Origin: Burkholderiales bacterium
Lineage (GTDB): Bacteria > Pseudomonadota > Gammaproteobacteria > Burkholderiales > SG8-41
NCBI GenBank assembly: GCA_035259205.1
Contig: DATFWO010000099.1
Coordinates: forward strand, 812 to 64,811
DNA: 64,000 bases
Direction of reading: 5' to 3'
Below the pieces are notes generated by a model. It was not told where the DNA came from, ran no database searches, and saw only the letters and a list, made by a program, of their open reading frames with translations. Below are positions 52,720 through 62,635 of the stretch, piece by piece. Within the stretch, counting starts at the first letter, position 1; each line of letters starts with the position of its first letter. Position numbers and translations under genes: made by a program.

Positions 52720-53700
52720 CTACTGTTTCGCGAGACCCAGCTCGACCAGCACGGCTTTCATGCCGTTATAGTCCTCGGCGAGGTCTTTGCGGAATGGCTC
52801 GCCGGTAACGAAGTCATCGGCCCAGAAATTCTGCTCGATATCCGCCTTCCATTCCGGCGCCTGCGTGGCTTTGCGCAGCACCCCTTCCCAGTAGGCGACC
52901 TGCTGCGGGGTCAGGTTTTTCGGCGCCATGATCGCCCGCCATCCGCCGAATACGAGATTGACGCCCTGCTCCCGCCACGTTGGGATATCGGCCAGCGGCC
53001 CGGGAAAGCGCTGGGTAGCCGAAACCGCTACGACGCGCAACCGCCCTGCGGCGACGTGCGGCGCGGCATTACCGGCGGCGGTCGTCACAACCTCTATATG
53101 CCCGCCGATGGCGGCTGTAATCGCCTCGGCCGATCCTTTGAACGCTACGACCTTGAGGTCGCGGGCGTTTCCGCCAAGCGCCTTCATGAGGAGGCCCGCC
53201 GCGATGTGATTGTGACTGCCCAGCACCGTGGCAAAGCCGATCGTTACCGACTTGGGGTCCTTTTTCAACCGCTCCGTGAGATCCTTCCCGGACCTGATCG
53301 GCGAGGCCGGGCTTGCGGCAAATACCACGAAGTCATTGAAGAGCGAGGCGATCGGCGTGAAATCGGTGTAGTTGAGCGGGCTCAGGCCCACGATATGGTT
53401 GGTAAGCAGCGACGGCGTGCCGACCAGCAGGTAGTGCGCATCTCCAGGATGCTGGCTCACGTAAGTGAAAGCGATATTGCTTCCGCCCCCGGGTTTGTTG
53501 ACCACAGCAAGGCTCGCGTTGACCAGCTTGTTCGAGACCACGATACGCTCGACCGTGCGCGCGGTCTTGTCGTTGCTGCCGCCCGGCGCGGAGCCGACGA
53601 CGATCTCCACGTTCTTTTGCGGCGACCAGCCTTGAGCCGCCGCAGCCGCGCACCAGCAGGCGAGCGCCAGTGTCGGGATGACTCGCAGGGGAGCTTTCAT
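52720..53700 (-). CDS. Bug/TctC-family substrate-binding protein
   Basis: Start trimmed to MKAPLRVIP (gaggagg SD at 53709-53715). Signal peptide, VVGSAPGGSND, AFKGSAEA and GGWRAIMAPK motifs. The upstream 124 codons of the ORF are shadow extension. Confidence 0.85.
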   Translation of the reverse strand: MKAPLRVIPTLALACWCAAAAAQGWSPQKNVEIVVGSAPGGSNDKTARTVERIVVSNKLVNASLAVVNKPGGGSNIAFTYVSQHPGDAHYLLVGTPSLLTNHIVGLSPLNYTDFTPIASLFNDFVVFAASPASPIRSGKDLTERLKKDPKSVTIGFATVLGSHNHIAAGLLMKALGGNARDLKVVAFKGSAEAITAAIGGHIEVVTTAAGNAAPHVAAGRLRVVAVSATQRFPGPLADIPTWREQGVNLVFGGWRAIMAPKNLTPQQVAYWEGVLRKATQAPEWKADIEQNFWADDFVTGEPFRKDLAEDYNGMKAVLVELGLAKQ

Positions 53701-53717
53701 TCTGATTTCCTCCTCGC

Positions 53718-55929
<2,212 letters not shown>

Positions 55930-55941
55930 CTGCTCAAGAAA

Positions 55942-56514
55942 GTGCGCAGCGACAATCTCTACGAACTTCCGCCCAACCTCCCCGTTCCGGAGAACGATGG
56001 GGCGTGCGATCACCTGCCGGGGCTGAAGCTGCCGGGGATAGCGTTGCTTTCCACGACGGGACGCAAGGTCGAGCTCCGCGCGCTAAAGGGCAGAACGGTC
56101 GTCTACGTTTATCCGCGCACCGGCAGGCCCGATCAGGAAACGCCTCCAGGATGGAACGAGATTCCCGGCGCGCGCGGCTGCACGCCGCAATCGTGCGCGT
56201 TTCGCGATCACTACGAGGAGTTGAGGCGCAGTGGCGCGAAGGAGGTCTACGGCTTGAGCACGCAGGATACCGACTACCAGCGCGAGGCCGTGGCGCGCCT
56301 GCACCTGCCCTTCGAGATACTCTCCGACCAGAAACTGGAGCTCGCCCGCGCGCTCAGGCTGCCGACCTTCGAGACCGCGGGCATGACGCTGATCAAGCGC
56401 CTCACCCTGATCGTACGCGATGGGGTCATAGAGCACGTCTTCTATCCGGTGTTCCCGCCGGACCGCAACGCCGGCGACGTGCTCGCCTGGCTATCCGCGA
56501 AATCACCAGGCTGA
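55942..56514 (+). CDS. Peroxiredoxin (AhpC/TSA-Redoxin family, BCP-like)
   Basis: 190 aa. GCTPQSC active-site motif. GTG start as in the ORF track. Confidence 0.75.
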   Translation: MRSDNLYELPPNLPVPENDGACDHLPGLKLPGIALLSTTGRKVELRALKGRTVVYVYPRTGRPDQETPPGWNEIPGARGCTPQSCAFRDHYEELRRSGAKEVYGLSTQDTDYQREAVARLHLPFEILSDQKLELARALRLPTFETAGMTLIKRLTLIVRDGVIEHVFYPVFPPDRNAGDVLAWLSAKSPG

Positions 56515-56563
56515 AAGCTTCACCGCAAAGTAGCAAGGGGCGCACTTTGTAATGAGGCGTTCC

Positions 56564-57532
56564 TCACTCGAACTTGAGCCCGGCGCTCTTGGCTACCCTA
56601 CGCCACTTCTCCAGCTCGTCTTTGATCAGCTTACGGAATTCCTCGGGCGAGCTCGAGTCGGGATCCGCGCCCAGGCTGCGGAAACGCTCGCTCACCGCCG
56701 GCGTGTCCATCACCTTGACCATCGCGGCATGCAGCTTTGCGACAACCGGCTTGGTCATGCCGGCCGGGCCGAGCACTCCGATATAGGTCGAGGCCTCGTA
56801 TCCCCGTAATCCCGACTCGTCGAGCGTGGGCACGTTGGGCAGCAGCACCGAGCGCTTTGCGCTCGTTACCGCAAGTGCCCTGAGGCGTCCGTCGCGAACG
56901 TAACCGATCGAGGCGCTCAACTGGTCGAACATGGCGTTCACCTGCCCGCCGAGCAGCTCGGCGAGCGCCGGGCCGCTGCCCTTGTACGGCACGTGCAGAA
57001 CCTTCGTGCCCGTCATCGCGACGAAGAGCTCCAGGCTCAAATGGTTGCTCGTTCCGGTTCCAGGGGAGGCGACGGTCAGCTTGCCGGGCTCGGCTTTCGC
57101 GCGATCGATTAGTTCCTTCACCGAGGTGATGCCGGATTTCTGGCTCGCCAGCACGATGAGCGGAACGACGTGCACGGTCGAGATCGGTGCGTAGTCTTTC
57201 TCGGCGTCATAGGGCATGTTGGGCGTGACGATCGGGTTTACGGACAACGGTCCGCTCGATCCCATCAGCAGCGTATAGCCGTCTGGCGCGGATCTCGCGA
57301 CCAGCAGGGCTCCGATGTTGCCGCTAGCGCCCGCGCGATTGTCCACGACGATCGTTTGTCCCAGCAATTCGCCCAAGGTAGGACTGATGATGCGGGCCGT
57401 AAGGTCCACGTTACCGCCGGGCGGGTAGGGCACGATGAGCCGGATCGGCCGCGCCGGATACGGTTGCCCTGAGACGACACAGCTCGACCCGGTCAACAGG
57501 ATGCCTATTGCGACAAGGAGGCAGCGCTTCAT
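56564..57532 (-). CDS. Bug/TctC-family substrate-binding protein
   Basis: Signal peptide, then PYPARPIRLIVPYPPGGN. VASPGTGTSNH and VPYKGSGPA motifs. Confidence 0.9.
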   Translation of the reverse strand: MKRCLLVAIGILLTGSSCVVSGQPYPARPIRLIVPYPPGGNVDLTARIISPTLGELLGQTIVVDNRAGASGNIGALLVARSAPDGYTLLMGSSGPLSVNPIVTPNMPYDAEKDYAPISTVHVVPLIVLASQKSGITSVKELIDRAKAEPGKLTVASPGTGTSNHLSLELFVAMTGTKVLHVPYKGSGPALAELLGGQVNAMFDQLSASIGYVRDGRLRALAVTSAKRSVLLPNVPTLDESGLRGYEASTYIGVLGPAGMTKPVVAKLHAAMVKVMDTPAVSERFRSLGADPDSSSPEEFRKLIKDELEKWRRVAKSAGLKFE

Positions 57533-57537
57533 GGTCT

Positions 57538-57577
57538 CGTCACCCGTTAGTCATCACTAAGTCATCACTCGTCACCC
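57538..57577. repeat. 10-11-bp-period array (GTCACC / GTCATCAC units)
   Basis: cgtcaccc at 57538, gtcatcac at 57550 and 57561, cgtcaccc at 57570. Spacer between the MBL hydrolase and Bug genes. Confidence 0.65.
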
Positions 57578-57602
57578 ATCGGCGACGATTTCGTCGATAT
57601 TC

Positions 57603-58673
57603 TTACAGATCAACCACGGTCGAAAGGACAACCTGCGCCGGAGCGAATACGCGCGCCCAGTCCTCTCCCGTCTTGGGTCCTCCAAACGCCGGGATCACGA
57701 TCTGCGCTCTGGTCGCTCGGACGAGGGCAACGTTGTCGGAAAAACGAGGATGCACGTTCCACCGGATGTACTTTGCACGCCCGCTTCGCGTCGTGCGCTC
57801 GGCCGGCGTCCCCGGCGGCAGGTAGCCGGTGAAGATGATATCGGGCGCCGAGGCCTGCTCGTACTTTTCGATCAGACGAGCGGCCATGCCGGCTGTCCCA
57901 TCGGCCGTGGCGGCGAGCGAGATGCCGCGCCCGCCGATGGCAGGCGCGTCGCGGGCGATGCGAGCGAGCTCGCTCCGCACCCCAGGCAGCGCGCTCTCCG
58001 CGTGCTCCGCCCCCAGCCAGCCGGTCGCCTGTCGCACGGCGTCATCGAGGGCCGGCGCGACGCCCTTGCGCACAAAATGGAGCGCGATCTCCGGCGCGCG
58101 CCCTCCGGGAGGGAGCGGCATCAGCACGTCTTTTCCGAGGCACTGCTCGTCGAGCATGCGCGCGCATTCAGTGAGCGGCGTCTCGTATGAGCCGTATGAT
58201 GTGTCGATAATCACGATGCGTGCCGGAGGTGGCGGGTCGTAGGCATAGATCAGGGACTCGAAGCAGCAGTCTCCCATGTAGAGCACGCCGCCGCAGGTAT
58301 CGACGTGTATCCACACGCCTCCGGGCGCGTGTCCGTTGCGGCCCGTGGTGACCTTGAATCCCATTACCTCGGTCGTGTCGTGCAGCGGAAATATCCCGCC
58401 GATCGCATGGTCTTTCAGCAGGTGCGCGAGTGGCTCGCTCAGATACAGCGGCGGATTTCCGATATCGGGCAGGAGCTTCAATCCTCCGGCGTGATCGCGG
58501 TGCGCGTGCGACAGCAGCAACGCATCAACCTTGCCGACGCGGGACACGTCGGGCCACAGACCGGGTTGGGGGCCGTAGCCCAGGTCCAGGAGCAGCCTGC
58601 GGCCCTCCGCTTCCAGCAGAAAGCACGCCGGACCTTTGGCGCCGCCGCCGGATATTGCGGTTAGCAATCCCAT
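57603..58673 (-). CDS. MBL-fold metallo-hydrolase
   Basis: 356 aa with the HAHRDHAGG (HxHxDH) motif. Confidence 0.75.
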   Translation of the reverse strand: MGLLTAISGGGAKGPACFLLEAEGRRLLLDLGYGPQPGLWPDVSRVGKVDALLLSHAHRDHAGGLKLLPDIGNPPLYLSEPLAHLLKDHAIGGIFPLHDTTEVMGFKVTTGRNGHAPGGVWIHVDTCGGVLYMGDCCFESLIYAYDPPPPARIVIIDTSYGSYETPLTECARMLDEQCLGKDVLMPLPPGGRAPEIALHFVRKGVAPALDDAVRQATGWLGAEHAESALPGVRSELARIARDAPAIGGRGISLAATADGTAGMAARLIEKYEQASAPDIIFTGYLPPGTPAERTTRSGRAKYIRWNVHPRFSDNVALVRATRAQIVIPAFGGPKTGEDWARVFAPAQVVLSTVVDL

Positions 58674-58706
58674 GATCGAATAGTACGCTGCGATGCCTGC
58701 TTCATT

Positions 58707-58870
58707 GTGCGACCGGGGGTGCGGGGGGAAACGGGAAGGCTCCGATGATTTAGAGGAAGGGACCGTTCGTCACCGTTCATCTCTCGCTGAGGATGTTCCA
58801 CGTGTGACCGGGGGGCGCGGGGGGAACGGGAAGGCTCCGATGATTTAGAGGAAGGGGCCCGTTCCCCCCG
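58707..58870. repeat. Two ~65-bp direct repeats 95 bp apart; second copy carries a perfect 13-bp inverted repeat
   Basis: Copies at 58707-58775 and 58802-58870 share an identical 31-nt core acgggaaggctccgatgatttagaggaaggg (58731-58761 and 58826-58856). In copy 2, cggggggaacggg (58818-58830) pairs perfectly with cccgttccccccg (58858-58870). Confidence 0.85.
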
Positions 58871-58876
58871 CTCCTT

Positions 58877-59872
58877 TCACTCAGCCTTTGCGCCCGACTG
58901 CTTTACAACGCGGGCCCATTTTGCGACTTCACTTCTCAAGTAGGCGCCGAATTCCTCCGGCGAAGAGGGAGCGGGCTCGAGGCCTTGCGCGGTGAACTGT
59001 TCGTTGAGCCCGATGGAGCTCAACACCTTTGCTGTTTCCAGGTTCAGCCGGGCTATCACGGGCCGGGGTGTAGCGGCCGGTCCCAGCAATCCGTACCAGG
59101 TGCTGAATTCGTAGCCGCGCACGCCAGCCTCGTCCATGGTCGGGACTTCCGCAAAGAAGGGCGAGCGTTTTGATGTGGTAACGGCCAGCGCTCGTATTCT
59201 GCCGGCTTTTATCTGGGGCAATGCGGAGGCCATGGTCGAGATCACGGTTTGCACGTGTCCGCCCATGAGATCCGTGAGCGCCGGCCCCAGCCCCTTGTAG
59301 GGAACGTGGACCAGCTCGACCCGGCTCATCGTGCTGAGCAGCTCGGTCGCGAGATGTCCCGCGGTTCCCACTCCGCCTGATCCGTAGTTGATCTGGCGCG
59401 GCTTGGCCCTCGCGAGGGCCAGGAGGTCGCGGACCGACCGTGCCGGCACTGACGGATGCACGACCAGGACGCTGGGCTGCCGCCCCAGGAGCGTGACCGG
59501 CGCAAGGTCCCTCAAGGTGTCGTACGACAGCCTCGGGTACAGCGTCGCGTTAATCGCCAGGCTGATGTTGTTGACGAGCACGGTGTATCCGTCGGCAGGC
59601 GCCTTGGCCGCGAGGTCCGTTCCGATCGTGCCGCCGGCGCCGCCCCGGTTGTCGACGATGACCGTTTGGCCGAGCTCCTCGCCGAGCCGCTGCGCGACGA
59701 TGCGGCCGACGATGTCGTTGCCGCCGCCGGGCGGGAAGGGGACGATCAGGCGGATGCTTTTCGCCGGATAGCCAAGCTGAGCGCCCGCCGGTGGCGCAAC
59801 CAACATCAATAAGGCTGCGGAAACGCACGGAAGGGCACGGAAATTTCCCGCGGCGCGAATGATTCTGCTCAT
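58877..59872 (-). CDS. Bug/TctC-family substrate-binding protein
   Basis: GYPAKSIRLIVPFPPGGGND, YGSGGVGTAGH and VPYKGLGPA motifs. Start at MSRIIRAAG is uncertain (no clear SD); the signal-peptide codons overlap a DNA repeat arm (59815-59848). Confidence 0.8.
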   Translation of the reverse strand: MSRIIRAAGNFRALPCVSAALLMLVAPPAGAQLGYPAKSIRLIVPFPPGGGNDIVGRIVAQRLGEELGQTVIVDNRGGAGGTIGTDLAAKAPADGYTVLVNNISLAINATLYPRLSYDTLRDLAPVTLLGRQPSVLVVHPSVPARSVRDLLALARAKPRQINYGSGGVGTAGHLATELLSTMSRVELVHVPYKGLGPALTDLMGGHVQTVISTMASALPQIKAGRIRALAVTTSKRSPFFAEVPTMDEAGVRGYEFSTWYGLLGPAATPRPVIARLNLETAKVLSSIGLNEQFTAQGLEPAPSSPEEFGAYLRSEVAKWARVVKQSGAKAE

Positions 59873-59983
59873 GACTTGGGTGGAAGTCGGTGCCTTGGGT
59901 CTGCACCGCGCACGCACCGCCTGAAAAACGTCCGCCTCAGGAAGTGCTGTCTTGTCCGTGTGTTTCCTTGTGATTCCGTGGCC
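59815..59983. repeat. CACGGAA / TTCCGTG inverted array element, copy 2 (arms about 100 bp apart)
   Basis: Left arm ctgcggaaacgcacggaagggcacggaaatttcc (59815-59848) is near-identical to 28646-28680. The right arm (59950-59983) contains ccgtgtgtttcc and gtgattccgtggc, matching the complement and right arm of copy 1. Confidence 0.75.
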
Positions 59984-59988
59984 GGGAT

Positions 59989-61368
59989 CTATCGCGGCGA
60001 GTGGCGCTGGCCTGCAACGCGTGCAGCCTGGGCTGCCGGTTGGTCGAATTCAACATCCGGCAGTTTCTCGAGGCGCCACAGCACGGCGAGCAGCGCGCGC
60101 GCCGCCGGCTCGCCCACCACAGGCATCGCGAGTTCGAGGAACTTGTCATTGATATCGTCATCGGTGAGCGGCATCTCCGGATCGCCTTTGCGGGTCTCCT
60201 GGAAATGCGCGACCCGGCGCCCGTCGGCAAGCTCGATCTCGACTCTTGCGGCGCGCTGGCGGGGGAACGCCTTGGACAGCTCCGGGTCGGCCGTAAGCTC
60301 GGTTTTCTTCATGAGCTCCCGGATCGACGGGTTGCTGAGCTTGTCGGCGCCGTATGCGTCCAGCCGCACGGGACCGTACACCAGCGCGTGCGCGACGACA
60401 TAGGGCAGGCTGAACTTCGCCTGGTAATCGCCTTCGGGCTCGTAGTTATTCACGACGTCGAGGCCCCCCTGGTAAGTCGCTATGCGGATCTTGCGGACGT
60501 GCCGGTGGTCGAGCTGGTGCTTTTCCTTGAGCACCTGGACGGCATCGATCGACGGGAACGTGTGCCCGCAGCAACCGTGATTCTTGAAAGTGATGCGCGT
60601 GATGTGATAATCGGTTCCCAGCCCGCGCGTCGCCTTCGACCAGTCCGCGCCGGCGCTCATCGCCGCCCCGAAACCCACCTCGCCTTCCAGTATGTCGTGC
60701 ACGCCGGTCAGTCCTTTCGCCGCCCCCATTGCGGCGAGGGCTCCCGCTTCCGCGGCGTGCCCGGCATGCATGGGCTTGCTCATGGCTTCCGACCGGAACG
60801 CCTGCTGGAGCCCGGCGGCGAACGTTCCTACGGTGCCCAACGCGTTCATGAACTGCTCGCGGTCGCAGCCGAGCACCGTCGCGGCCGCTGCGGCGGCGCC
60901 AAAGCAGCCGACGGTGCCGGTGGTGTGCCAGAACTTGTAGTGCGAAGGCATGACCGCATCCCCGATGCGCGTCGAGACCTCGTAGCCTACGATTACACCG
61001 CGCAGAAACCGCTCACCGCTCGCGCCCTGCGTTTGTGCGGCGGCGAGCGCTGCGGCGATCACCGGCGCGCCAGGGTGATACACGGCGTCGCGCCAGATGT
61101 CGTCGAACTCCACTGCGTGAGAAGCTGCGCCGTTGACGAGCGCAGCCGCGCGCAGCGTGGCGCGGCGTCCCGAGCCCAGGCGCGCCTTCCCGCGATCGAG
61201 CTCCTCCGCGAGCGCCTGCTCGAGGAGCGTCGCGGGCGGCACGCGGCTCCCGGGCAGGAGCGAGGCGTACCAGTCGATCACCGCGCGCTTCGCGTGGTGA
61301 ATGACTTCCGGCTTCAGATTCGCGGTCTGTTCCTTGACCGCGTAGTCAGCGATGGTTTGCAGCAGCAT
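59989..61368 (-). CDS. MmgE/PrpD family protein (2-methylcitrate dehydratase-like)
   Basis: 459 aa, two-domain MmgE/PrpD pattern (NGAASHAVEFDD, HPG...AAALA). Confidence 0.85.
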   Translation of the reverse strand: MLLQTIADYAVKEQTANLKPEVIHHAKRAVIDWYASLLPGSRVPPATLLEQALAEELDRGKARLGSGRRATLRAAALVNGAASHAVEFDDIWRDAVYHPGAPVIAAALAAAQTQGASGERFLRGVIVGYEVSTRIGDAVMPSHYKFWHTTGTVGCFGAAAAAATVLGCDREQFMNALGTVGTFAAGLQQAFRSEAMSKPMHAGHAAEAGALAAMGAAKGLTGVHDILEGEVGFGAAMSAGADWSKATRGLGTDYHITRITFKNHGCCGHTFPSIDAVQVLKEKHQLDHRHVRKIRIATYQGGLDVVNNYEPEGDYQAKFSLPYVVAHALVYGPVRLDAYGADKLSNPSIRELMKKTELTADPELSKAFPRQRAARVEIELADGRRVAHFQETRKGDPEMPLTDDDINDKFLELAMPVVGEPAARALLAVLWRLEKLPDVEFDQPAAQAARVAGQRHSPR

Positions 61369-61398
61369 GGTGGTTCTCCGGAGAGCGGGGCAGATAAG

Positions 61399-61449
61399 GC
61401 GACTCAGGTGAAGCGGCTCAGACAGGGCGGCTCAGACAGCGAAGCCTGA
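61399..61449. repeat. 14-bp-period array, core GCGGCTCAG (4 units)
   Basis: gcgactcag at 61399, gcggctcag at 61413 and 61427, gaagcctga at 61441. Spacer between the Bug and MmgE/PrpD genes. Confidence 0.8.
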
Positions 61450-61525
61450 AGTATAGTGAACTTCCGATAGCCCCACTCGCGCTCGAGCTATGCCGCGCTG
61501 CGTGGCGGCCACTTGAGGACTGGCG

Positions 61526-62515
61526 TCATTCGAGCACGACGCCGGTTTCGCGGAGGTGGCGAATGATCTGCTCCCACTTTGCGATTTCCAGCCTCAGGAA
61601 GTCGGCGAGAGCCCGCGGTCCATTTATCGCCTGCTCCATGCCTTCCTGGACAAGTGTTGCTTTCACGGCCGGATTCTCCGCCGCCATGCGGACTTCATTG
61701 AAGATCCTTTCAGCGATGGCCGTCGGCGTGTTCCTGGGCGCGAACAAGGCAAACCACTGAAGGGACTCGAATCCCGGCACGCCGGACTCCGCTACGGTGG
61801 GAACTTCGGGAAACACGGCCGAGCGCCTGGCGCCGGTGACGGCAAGCGCTCGCAGGCGCGATGCTCTTACATGGGGCAGAACCGGGATCGCCGTGGTGAC
61901 GACCAGCTGCACGCGGCCGCTCATCGTATCGATTACTGCAGGTGGGCCGCCCTTGTACGGGACGTGCACCATGGCAATGTCGGTGGCGCGGTTGAGCAGC
62001 TCGATCGTCAGATGATGGATCGAGCCGATCCCTGGCGACGCGAAGAGAAGCTCTCCGGGCTTGGCCTTTGCGAGGCTGACGAGCGCCTGCACCGACGTGA
62101 CGGGCAGCGCGGGATGGCTCGCGACGACGAGTGGCGCAATCGCGACGAGCGTCATGGGAACGAAGTCATGCACCGGGTCGTACAGGCGCTTTTTCGCGAG
62201 GAACGGGACGATGGAGACACTACCTCCACCGCTGAAGAGCACCGTATAGCCGTCGGCGGGCGAAGCCGCGACGATCTGTGCCGCAAGGACGCCGGCCCCG
62301 CCCCCGCGATTGTCGACGATGACGGACTGTCCCAGCGATTCGGAAACCTTCGGCATGATGACGCGCGCCATCACGTCGGGAGCCGTACCCGGCAGCCCTC
62401 CGATGACGAGCCTGACGGGCTTCGCGGGGTAAGGCTGGCACCGCGTGGACGGGCTCGCCGCCAGTGCAAGGGTTGCGCACCCTAACGCAACCGATCGAAA
62501 CAGCGCCGTCCTCAT
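61526..62515 (-). CDS. Bug/TctC-family substrate-binding protein
   Basis: Start trimmed to MRTALFRSV (aggagg SD at 62523-62528, 7 nt spacer). PYPAKPVRLVIGG and VPYKGGPPA motifs. Confidence 0.85.
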   Translation of the reverse strand: MRTALFRSVALGCATLALAASPSTRCQPYPAKPVRLVIGGLPGTAPDVMARVIMPKVSESLGQSVIVDNRGGGAGVLAAQIVAASPADGYTVLFSGGGSVSIVPFLAKKRLYDPVHDFVPMTLVAIAPLVVASHPALPVTSVQALVSLAKAKPGELLFASPGIGSIHHLTIELLNRATDIAMVHVPYKGGPPAVIDTMSGRVQLVVTTAIPVLPHVRASRLRALAVTGARRSAVFPEVPTVAESGVPGFESLQWFALFAPRNTPTAIAERIFNEVRMAAENPAVKATLVQEGMEQAINGPRALADFLRLEIAKWEQIIRHLRETGVVLE

Positions 62516-62635
62516 GCGCGTGCCTCCTGCAGGTCGCCGCCGCCGCAACGCTCGCCGGGTGCCTGCTTTCCGGGCACCTTACGCCCGAGGCCCGGGCGCG
62601 GCAAGCGCGCTTCCGCCGCCGCATCCGGGCCACCC

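Noticed and set aside
58707-58870. Interpreting the two ~65-bp direct repeats as att sites or the borders of an integrated element.
   Set aside because: Only about 30 bp lies between the copies. No integrase, transposase or tRNA is nearby.
60001-61449. 482-aa plus-strand ORF opposite the MmgE/PrpD gene.
   Set aside because: Shadow ORF (Arg/Gly/Ala/His-rich, no motifs). The minus-strand frame has clear MmgE/PrpD sequence.
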